Source of the DNA: Haliotis rufescens
Taxonomy: Eukaryota
DNA length: 64,000 nucleotides
Assembly: GCF_023055435.1 (NCBI RefSeq)
Contig: NW_025963868.1
Location: 11,656,001-11,720,000 of the forward strand
Direction: 5' to 3'
Positions within the stretch are counted from its first letter, which is position 1; each line of letters begins with the position of its first letter. Shown here piece after piece: positions 53,801 to 64,000 of this stretch. The notes under the pieces were generated by a model that was not told the DNA's origin, made no database searches, and was given only the letters and a program-made list of their open reading frames with translations. The position numbers were made by a program, and so were the translations under genes.

Positions 53801-54406
53801 CCATGAAAACAAAGAACGGAACGTGTAAGTATACACGGAAGTGCGATTGACCGGACAACGGGTTAGAATGCGTCTCCTTATCCATGTCTGTCGTAAGAGG
53901 CTCTAAATGGGTCGGGTGGTCTGGCTCGGTGACTTGGATGATTAGTCAACTAACGTCATCGGGTGGTTAGAATCGGCGACTTGGTCCATGCATGTCATTG
54001 GATCCGAATGTTTTAGATGCTCATGATATCAGTCACTGTGTTGTCTGGTCCATAATCGATGATTTACAGACCCCATCACAAAGCCGGAATATTCGCGGTT
54101 AAACAGCAAACAGCAAACAAACAAACTTGGTGCATAGTGTGTCATCTTTGCCCAACGATGTGGAACATTTACTATAACAGTAACCGTCGGTTTGTCTACT
54201 CCAGACTCGACTATTTAAAGGATGTCATCAGGAATATTTAACTGAGGCGTAAAACAACTTACCTACAAAATGTAACATCCCTTGCGGGATTTATGACAGA
54301 AAGACAACGTTGATGTTTGGATGGAATATGTGTGGATGACATAAACACATTGGTTGTTGCAGATAGTACTTGGTCCGAAGCCGACAATGAGTATAGTGAA
54401 GTCTAA
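47898..54406 (+). CDS. Gene E: single-Ig-domain type I receptor with NPxY, 3x YAVP repeat and NEYSEV tail (~355 aa)
   Basis: Exons 47898-47961, 48178-48522 (Ig), 49198-49278, 49619-49708, 50592-50702 (TM), 51671-51725 (ENPLYV), 53356-53396, 53588-53824 (repeats), 54363-54406 (YSTWSEADNEYSEV*). 1068 nt open frame. Confidence 0.85.
50776..51427. mobile_element. Non-autonomous DNA transposon (MITE) with TTAA TSD, Kolobok-like termini
   Basis: TTAA at 50772-50775 and 51428-51431; imperfect TIR AGGGGAAGTGTACACGCAAA / TTTCCGTGTGAACTTGCCCT; paralogues C and D have the empty site gatgttaagtgatttg. Confidence 0.85.
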
Positions 54407-57400
54407 ATAGAGGAAGCGACGTCAGCTAATTCGGTGCAGCCGATGTTCTAGGCGACACAACGCTCACGTGTGTTCGACAGACAAATTCAAATGGGGCTCT
54501 GCTCCTCTGGGTGTTCTCATTGTTGTGTACAGCTCTCCCTCTACTATGATTAGTTCTGCGTTGAACTTAGACATTATTTCAATGTAAATAGGGTAAGTTG
54601 ATATAAATGTACAGTAAACTACCTTTATAACGAACATGCTAATTAATAACGAACTAACAGATAAAACTTATTCTTTTTGGACCCCGGCCAGTTGCCGCAT
54701 ATATACTTATAACGAAATATGGTTGTAACGAACTAAAATTAGAGGTCCCTTTGAGTTCGTCATAACCGCAGTGTACTGTACTGGTCAACAATGTAATCCA
54801 GATGTACTGGCCTGTACTGGTTGTCATGGCCTCAAAGACTGATGGCGGTTAGGAATTGCCATGACAAATACAATGACAATATGCAGATGTAAGCAATCCA
54901 TGCCTGAAATATGGTCAATACGTGAACCTGTTTGAACAGTTTGAAAAACAACATTATCATGTAGTTACTTTGGAATTGCCCATCTGTACATATATTTTAG
55001 GACTATTGTTACTGTTAAATGTCAAGTTAAAGAAGAAAATAGCATTATCAGTACTGAGTCCAGAGTAAACGCTCTGGTGTTAGCTCACATCGTGAGCTGT
55101 TCAAAACCGTTATGTTTATACTATCGTGTAACTGTTTTATATGTGTCATACATATGAGAAAGTCATGAGATGCCTTTTTTCATATGTAAGATTGCTTCTT
55201 AAACTGAGAAAACTAACACTCTCCTCTGTATGTGTTAAGTAGTTTACCACTGTGGTTTTATGTTGTTTTAAATTGTTCAAACTTTAATATTTGTTTTGAT
55301 GGACACATATATGTTTTAGGTTATTATCATATAATTCTGTTAGCATCTATACTTATTTCAATTGCAACATATATTTATGTCATTGTTTCCACTAAACATA
55401 TATGACATGCATCAGTAAAGCTGGGATTTTCATCTAAACCTAACATCACACCACAATCAAATGACATCACTGATACATTTTATCTGCCATTGTAGCTAGA
55501 AAGCTGTAATTCTTACACTCAAGACATTGGTTATTACTGAGTGAAAGTTAGGGTTATTATTGTAGATGGTAAATAGAATCTTAGTCTCGTCTCTGTTTAT
55601 ACCAGGATGTAATACTAGTATATAATTAATTAGTGAGTGAGTGTGTGAGTTGGGTTTTACGCCGTTTTTAACAGTATTCCAGTTATATCACGACGTGTCA
55701 GCTTAATGTGGGAGGAAATCTCGAAGTGGGGCATGCCTTAGACGTTTACCACTTTGGTGAAACCCTCGAGCATGGGTATGGTGCTGACAAACCTAGAAAC
55801 ATAATCGGGGCGAACCGGGATTCGAACCCACAATCATAGGTTTCTGGCTCGCCCAAGGGACAAAACTCTGCACAGCGAATTGCGGCGCCATAGACGACTG
55901 GGCCACCCGTGCCCCCACATAATTAATTACACATTGTTGGTAAATATAACTCAATCAATATCAACCACTTTCAGCAGCCGTTATTAAGTATTAAAGGAGA
56001 TGTGTTATTTCAATTAATGCCCAAAAGAAAGTATAACAAGAGTTTGAAAGACTTTGAAATAAAAAAAAAGCATGTAGAAAGTCAATATGTATATAGAGCA
56101 TAGTTTTAACATACTGTGCATAACTGCTCATGTTATTCAAACAATCACTTTACGATCGACTGAGACACAAAGACACATGGTGGTCAACAATGACACGTTT
56201 CACAATAGCACTGTCACAACACTTGTTCAACATGACTTGAACATCTCTGAAAGCACATTCAAAGCCAACTTGATACCGAGTATGTCCACATTGTGTTTTA
56301 ATGGACGCCTGAAAACGACGACGCACGGATGACGTCAAACGTTGGATGACGTTTGGGGTAATCCGCTGCTATTCTTCGAGGAGACATTGTTCCAGTTCTT
56401 GACGGTTTACTGTTACGCATGTAATCTTCTGATCTGCTGTTCAGGGTGATCCCATAAATGTTCGACGGAGTTGATATCAGGAGAACATCCCGACCAGGGT
56501 AAAACGTGAATGTTCGCGTTCTTCATAAAGTTCTGTGTGAGCCTTGCCGTATGCGGTCTCACATTGTCTGAAGACAATGTCACGTGTCTGTTGCTGAATG
56601 AATGGTTCCACAACGTGTCTCAAAGCTTCATCCCAATATCTCTGAGCATTAACGATACTGGTGGTGTACCTTGTTTTGGCCATTAGTTTATATGACATGT
56701 TCAATACATATCTGTGAGTTATTTTTTCACATTGTTCAAACTTTAGTATTGTGAAAGCGTTCTTCTTGGACGTTTTTCTGTTATTTTATTGGTCTTATTG
56801 GTTGTGATTTTTTACATTTATTTTACATTTAATAAATGCAGCACATAATTATTTTGTATGTTTTCACTCACGTCGTACCGCATGGGCCTGTTTGAATAAC
56901 GACATTGTACATATCTGTTTACGGTAAGTGTCGTTGTTTTCAATCGTATCACGAATGTCAAACTTAGGGAAAATAGCGACTAGTAGAAATATTTGTCAAA
57001 ACCGAATATGAATATACCAGGAAAATCGTGACTGAATATTTCAACAAATTTTAATGGAACAGTTGATTCACGTATGGCAGGAAAATACTACAGCAGGCAT
57101 GTGATAGTGTTCCAATGCGGTTTTCCTCCGCTGCGTATCTCTGGGAACACAGACCCAACATTATGGTATTCATGTATTGTGTAACATTGTATCGCTTATC
57201 AGCAACATAGTTTGTAGTTAAGGCTTCCTCGCACAAAGTGCCTCAACAAAGGATGATTGTCACTGCTGCAGGAACATTCAGTTCAAGCGAATATATACCA
57301 GATATAACCGGGATGAATATCACAAAATGTCAAAAATATTGAAATGACTCCATTGGATCATGCTCCTATCGAACTAATTGTTGAATCGTGTATACTAGGT

Positions 57401-57524
57401 ACTTACGTCATACACGTAGCATACTGGGATTTTTGTGTAGTTTTTATATCCTGATTCCAGCTGATGATGCAAACAGTTATAAATGTATTTCATTTCTGTA
57501 TGGCCCCCTTGTATCATGTTTACA

Positions 57525-59706
57525 TATAGAATACTACACGAGCTCCCGTGTAATACCAATTTTATGAAACGAGTGAATAGTTGTGGTATCTGACGAGCGA
57601 AAGCGATTCAGATACCACAACTATTCACTCGTTTCATTAAATTGGTTTTACACGGGAGCGCGTTTAGTATTTTATTTATTACTTGCCATTTATAACGTTT
57701 TTAGAATTATACTGATGAGTATGAATAGGCTGACACCTACACGATCCACGGTATAGTCCAATTGAGTTTAACAGAATAATACTTCAAACACGTCAAAAGT
57801 TGAAACGTATGAATTTAATACCATACAACGGTCCACCTTTAGAATTCAGGCGTCCGTTCCACAAAATTATCGTAGGGCTAATCGCAACTCACATACTTTA
57901 ACTTAGACTAACGACTGTCGTTGCGCTACAATACGATCGCCTTGTGGAACGGGCCTTGCACCTCAAAGTTTACAATCACGTCACAATACCCGATGACGTA
58001 AATTGTGGAATATTGATGCAAGATCCATCGGCGAAACAATGCCATGTGACGTCAGCCTAGCAACAAGGTTGCTGGGGTCATCGAGTGTGCATTAGCTCCT
58101 CTCAGTGATCTATCATCTCCACACGCATATCGTTGAATAAGCCAAGGGATGTTGAGAGCTTTCAATATTTGTTCGTGAAACGTGTTCCGAGAGTACATTA
58201 GCACGCGTTTTGGTATTACACAATGTGTAATACGGTTACAGGCCGGCAAAGCCACATTTCGAAAATAGATAGCCCAAATTGATGTGGCTCTCGCGGCAAT
58301 GGTTATGGTTGCGTGATTGTATAATGTGGCTCTCGCGGCTATGCTGTCAAAACATGCTTTGTGATTCTATCAGGTTACCGTATATAACAAAACAAGTCTT
58401 GTTTTCTCATTTTTTATTCAACAAGGATAACAGTAACATATTCATCAAAACTTTACATTGATGAATATGAATAGCATATGAGTAGCATAATGCTTAATGC
58501 CCGGTGTTAATGATATTTGTTCAAATACAAAATATGTCCATTAATACTACATTGATGCATCCAAACAAAGTACAGTGACGTTGTCTTACACTTTGCAACA
58601 CGTTTGTTCCAGTATTTATATTTTATTATTTTCTTTCTTTCCGCGTCCCAATCAAACCCTCTAATCGAAAACTTAATAAAAAACAATATTAGCCCTAGAA
58701 ACCAAGCCCTAGCCCGGAAACATCCACTACTTACTCCAATTTCCCAAAGAATAACCAATTACCCAGCTCAAAATCAGAAATCAAAAGTGTCACTAAACAA
58801 AAAATCAACAAAAAATGGCAAAATATATATACCAAAACTCAAATAGCCAAATCAGGAAAGTACTCAAAAAAACCTAAATAAACCAAAAATACTACACCCA
58901 TCCAAAAAAATCGACAGAATAATTACTAAACTACAAACAGGCCACACTAAACTAAATAATCACCGTAAAATAGCTAATCTACACACAACAGGAAACTGCT
59001 CGTATTGCAAACAACAAGAAACACCAGAACACGTACTCATTCACTGCACACACTACCAAACACACCGAACTTACCGGGATTTACACTAGAATCAATCCTA
59101 AATCCACAAAATAAATTAGAAAAATTCAAAGCCTAATTAAGACAGGACTAATTAGTCGCATTTAAACCCCAAATAAAATATTAAAACCAAATCTACCTTA
59201 TCTAACAACCTACCAACACACACAGCTCCCTTAGTTCGTCCCCCACCCACTCCTTGCATTCTTTCCAAATTTCAAAATTACTATATAAGCAACCCCTAAA
59301 GCCCCCCTCCTGGGTTGCACAAACTCGCTTTCCCCTTTTCGGAAACACATTAAATGGCCTGGCCGGGCCCGTGTGCGACATACGCTTGCAGTCGGAAAGC
59401 GCACGTTAAATCTCCAATATAAGTAAGTAAGTAAGTAACACCACGCTTAGTAATTTAAATGTGGGACACTCATTAAAAGGTATCTCTAAAGAACACCACG
59501 CTTAGTAATTTAAATGTGGGACACTCATTTAAAGGTATCGGTAATCGGATTAATTAATTACCAGCTAGAATAGGTGAAATGCACTCAGCTGAAAATGTGG
59601 CTCTACCGGCAATAGCCATTTCTGAAATGTGGCTCTCCCGGCTAGACACCTGTAATACAGCTGTATGTTTATTAGACGGGTGATCTCTTCACGGGCAAGT
59701 AATAAA
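57525..59706. mobile_element. ~2.2-kb insertion with terminal ~150-bp palindrome and 13-bp inverted repeats; contains a nested LINE fragment
   Basis: Absent at the paralogous site ~42400 (tcatgtttaca|atgattta). Hairpin ~57526-57675; IR tttattacttgcc (57675-57687) / ggcaagtaataaa (59694-59706). Confidence 0.8.
58640..59438 (+). mobile_element. 3' fragment of a non-LTR retrotransposon (I/Jockey-group-like)
   Basis: ~58919-59068 reads IITKLQTGHTKLNNHRKIANLHTTGNCSYCKQQETPEHVLIHCTHYQTHR (the L.TGH...CxxC...ETxEHxLxxC knuckle of LINE ORF2). The strand is A-rich and ends in an (AGTA)n tail. Confidence 0.8.
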
Positions 59707-62467
59707 ATGATTTACGTGTGCAAAAATTACACTTATTTTATTTTCACAATGTATTGTCCTTGTGTTAAATCATTTACATTTTCAATTATTTTTGTCGTTT
59801 TTACATGAGGATTCTTGCTGATGATGAATATGCAAAGTTATGAATGTACTTTATTTCTGCATGGCCCCTGTAACTTGTTTTCAATGACTTACGTGTGCAG
59901 AAATTACACTTATTTTATTTTCAATGTACTATGTATTTTCCTATTGCTCAATTTACATTTGCACACATACTGTAGTCGCACAGTCGTTGTTATGTTGTCC
60001 TACCTATTGCTCAATTGTAAGTGTTGGCTTTCCGCATCGAATAAAATATGCCTTAACTGAACATTTGTGTTCTTTTCACTCGCAAACCTAATATTTAATA
60101 CTCTTAGAAACTCTTGTTTGAAAACAAACGCGCTTTTTCAGAAATTCGTATAGAACGGACTTATGCAAGTATTTGAGGGCGTTTTACAAATTGTTTTTCA
60201 TAATTATATAGATATGCTACTAAAACTGCGACAGTGACAATATATATTTATACATCAAAGTGACCGTATCACTAGCTCTCCGTTGGACTTCAATGACAGC
60301 ACCTGGAGCCGTAGAACCAATGTAAACAAAGGATAAGTACGCTAAAACAAGTAGATTTTCACGTTTTAGGATACTTTCTTAATGAACCGTAACCATTCTT
60401 TGACATTTGTTTATGAAAATGTGTAGACTTGTCAAACATGAAACGGATGAAAAGCATATTCAATATCTTGAATGAACGGTGTAAGATGTGACGAATCGTC
60501 ACATGGCGCTGGCCTGTGGCAGAGGTACTATGCTGGCTGGCTACGTATACCGCCCGCTTGGAACTCTGGGTAGGAGAGTGCAGCATTCTATTCATCACAA
60601 CTATTTAAGATATATGATTTGCCCAACCGTCTAAACACTTACGAACTATACATTATGAACACAGAAGCTAGAGGGAATATAACTGATTAACGCTCGGCAG
60701 CAACCAAACAGTACAAGCGCTGAATGTTTTTGTCTATTGCCTTACACCAGTCAGTGTGTGGGAGAGAATCGGGTTGTCAGGCTCGGTGGCTTGGTTGTTT
60801 GTGTGTTGTACACTGAACATGATGTTGTGTGTCATCGTAATCACTTGATTATCTGGCTCAGCCGCGATTATTTACAGGCCATCTTTATACAGGTTGTGTC
60901 GGTGTGACAACCTCGATGTGAACTGTGATGTGAACTGTGATATTAACTTTAACTGAACTCTAAGTGGCGAATATGTTAAAACAATGGATTTAAGGGATGG
61001 ATGAATTAAAATGTTGAATGAAATAAAGTAAAAGAGGGTATCAAGCATCTTGAGTCATTTCTTTTGTCTATAATAAGACAAGTCCATTTTCATGATATGG
61101 GTTAATTACCTGATTAACATGTACTACCAGGTATGACACTATTGTTTTAAGGTGTCTCACAACTGGGCTGTCTTACTAATGGGAGGAGACCCATACAGGT
61201 ATTGTATGTAGCTGAGGGCGGTGTTCAGCGACAAACAAATAAACATGTCAGTATTACTCAGTGTTACCCACTATTCATCAATATTGTTCAGTGATGTTCG
61301 GCATAATTCAGTATTGCCCTGAGACTGTAGAAGTAGAATCTTTTATTTGTATGTAAACTTCTTGCCTGTAATACAAAACAATGCATTGACATATTTTTGC
61401 AACAACAACAACAACAAAAACAAATAAATGCAGATATGTACTTTAAGGGGTCCTTGAAACAAAAAATGTCATCTACATGACACTATTATTCTCTCTGGGG
61501 GCACGGGTTGCCCAGTCGTCGAAGGCGCTGCGATTCGCTGTGCAGAGTTGCGTCCCTTTGGCACGCCAGAAACATATGATTGTTGGTTCGAATCCCAGTT
61601 CGCCCCGATTATGTTTCTAGATTTGTCAGCACCATACCCGCACTCGTGGGTTTCACCGAAGTGATAAAGTCTGTGACCTGCACCACTTCGGGCTTTCCCC
61701 CCACATTAAGCTGACACGCCGTGATGTAACTGGAATACTGTTAAAAGCAGCATTAAACCCAACTCACCAACTCAGCCATATTGTGACTGGAAAATGTTAC
61801 ATATAAAACATTTAAAAGAGGATTCTCTTGACAACAGGAGATAAAAATGGTCTCTAGGTCGCCAGCAACCAAAGTTAGGCTAGTATAAAAGGAAACGAGT
61901 TTTGATAAAAAAAGAGCTTCTTCATTTGAACTGTTTTTAGTTGTAAAAGGCTTATGAGAGAGGGTAGACTCAAGGAACTGATAGCGTCATAAAGCCTCAC
62001 ATGTGAGCATTATCACATCTCACGCAGGGGTGGTACATTGTTTCTTCCATTGAACACAGATGAAGGGCTACAGAAATATAGAAGCTCCAAGCAAAAACCT
62101 TTGCTGAAGAGGTCCCTTCCGAAAGTAAATAGTTAACATGCATTGCAAGCACAAAAATGTCGCTTTTTCCGTATATGGTCATTGGACGGAAAAACAACGT
62201 TTTTTGGACGCTTTCACGACGCCCGTCCACATCGACTTTGTCCTGCGCGCACTGCATCCTTTTATACAAATTACTTCTTAAATTAAACATTGCCAGACTA
62301 TGAAAGACAAGTGACGGTTCCGGTAAGATATAGAGGTTACTAGAGAGTGTCTAGCAAATACCATTTATGTATTACAACAATTATTTCGAAACGTTACTGA
62401 CGAGAGAAAGATAAATCTTATTTGACGGGCACGAGTGCAATAATCTGTGTCTTACATTACCCTAAAA

Positions 62468-62602
62468 TGAGTGAGTGAGTGAGTGAGTATGGTTTTACGC
62501 CGCTTTTAGCAATATTCCAGCAAAATCACGGCAGGGGGCACCAGAAATGGGCTTCACACATTGTACCCATGTCGGGAATCGAACCCGGGTCTTCGGCGTG
62601 AC
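62468..62602 (-). mobile_element. SINE family 1, 5'-truncated (duplicate copy 45206-45337)
   Basis: Family 1 core flanked by an accctaaaatgag direct repeat. Confidence 0.85.
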
Positions 62603-64000
62603 CCTAAAATGAGACCATGTCAGCATGGATCGATGGATATGTGGTATTCTTCAGATCGCAGTGACGAATTAATACATAATACATAACATAACGACCATGA
62701 GTGATGTCATCCGGCTTACTGCTGACCACTCACACTTAGTGTTACACTCCAAATATCGTTTCAGCAAATATCTGTGCATTATCAAAGCGATGCTGAAAAT
62801 GCAAACCTGATGTGACAAAACAAATAAAATTATTAAAAATCCTTAAAAGAAAATTTCTTAACCATAGCTGAATTCGACAGAAAAACGAGAAAATTTGAAT
62901 GAATTGCAATCAAGTGGTCCTTCAAAATCTGACCTTTAGGTCATCACCGTGAAGAAGCCTATCACGGACCTGGAATTCGATCTCACACACACGTTTGATA
63001 CCAGTTGTAAGAAGTGTTACTCATTCTCGTGTTGTTGTACCTTTGTTAATACAGCGCTGACTACAGTGTAGACCGCCACCCCTACCTTCGTCCCCGCTAC
63101 CTCTCAGAGGAGCATTCATTCATTATAACGATCGTACCAATAAATATCTATCGATATTTATATTATTCTTCCTAAAGGTTTGTAAAAACTTAAGCATATT
63201 CATTGTCCAAACAACTCTTTAGAACCGAAGGTTGAGAAGGAATGAAAAAGCAAACGTGCAGGCTCGCTCGCCTGTTTTTTTCCGGTTCGCCTCGGTTCCA
63301 CAACTTTCATGTCTTCTGGTTTCATTTCTTATTAATCAGCATTTTTCAAAAAGTATCTTCCCTTCTCAGAGAAATAATGTTTGAATCTGGCGGTAACTGA
63401 CCATGTCATTTGAAACAGCCGCCATCTCCCGAGCATATTTGTTCCAGTTCGTTACAGTCTGAGTGTTGCACTTCTTCTCGCTCCTTGCCTTGATTGACAG
63501 GTCCTAAGACTTTTGTTTTAATCATACTCTCAGTTGATTGGCTACTGACTTTGTAGGCGTGTCAAATTATGTGCGTAATTAAACAGTCAGCAGATTCATG
63601 TCACGCCACAGTATGTATTCCTACACCCGGAATGTTTATCAATCTCGTCATTTTTGTCCGCTTTGATATATACAACTGTTTTTGGTTAAACTATTGTAGA
63701 TAAAACATGTTTTTGTTATTGAATTTAATTACAAGCATTGACTGTGAATTTTTTCGGTTCATTGAGGTATGAATCGAAAAGCCGATTGTAAGAATCTGCT
63801 AAGTTATATTTGGCTAGGGCAGTTTTAATAGGTTGTGATAACGAACCTATTGTAGCCTGCCTCGCAAATGTACTGTCTCAGGTCAGCTGAATTCAATAGC
63901 GACTCGTTCCATTTTATCCACACTAACGGGTATCTATTCATCATTATCTAAATAAAAGCAGCGAAAACCTTTTCATATTCATAAAAAAATCTTGATTCCG

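Larger units (their letters stand above)
54400..64000 (+). repeat. Segmental duplicate of ~39400-46940 (3' flank of E versus 3' flank of D)
   Basis: Colinear, highly similar sequence including the same Tc1 remnant, SINEs and unique DNA. The copies differ by insertions (57525-59706, ~60895-61192) and deletions. Confidence 0.9.

Noticed and set aside
61997-62290. Duplicated minus-strand ORF (also 44975-45160)
   Set aside because: No recognisable domain or splice structure; its recurrence is explained by the segmental duplication.
33191-64000. D and E units as uncollapsed alleles rather than paralogues
   Set aside because: They have different upstream contexts, strongly diverged Ig exons and several private insertions, and lie in a gap-free tandem arrangement. 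Not fully excluded without long reads or depth data.

Overview
AT-rich, repeat-dense animal genomic DNA with GT-AG introns and two N gaps. It is probably molluscan: the SINEs resemble abalone-type SINEs from memory, which I have not verified. The main content is a + strand tandem cluster of five intact multi-exon genes that I spliced by hand: A 8150-11503, B 16347-21198, C 26272-31043, D 33191-39412, E 47898-54406. Each encodes a type I membrane receptor: signal peptide, one Ig-like (V-type) domain on a phase-1/1 exon, a Ser/Thr mucin-like stalk, a TM helix and a Tyr-motif tail. There are two tail classes. A and C carry an ITAM-like YDTL-x9-YSEI plus YxN motifs. B, D and E carry NPxY, a copy-number-variable 23-aa YAVP repeat and (D, E) a terminal NEYSEI/V ITIM-like motif. 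Neighbours with opposite tails have matched Ig domains (A~B, C~D), the layout of a paired activating/inhibitory immune receptor system. The cluster shows birth-and-death evolution: a pseudo-Ig exon, an orphan leader exon, reciprocally lost TM exons, a chimeric gene, and a further unit apparently starting at the window end. Also present are the 3' end of another stalk+TM gene (2440-3141), several SINE families, Tc1, Penelope-like and LINE remnants, MITEs and microsatellites. Gene models are manual and functions are inferred.
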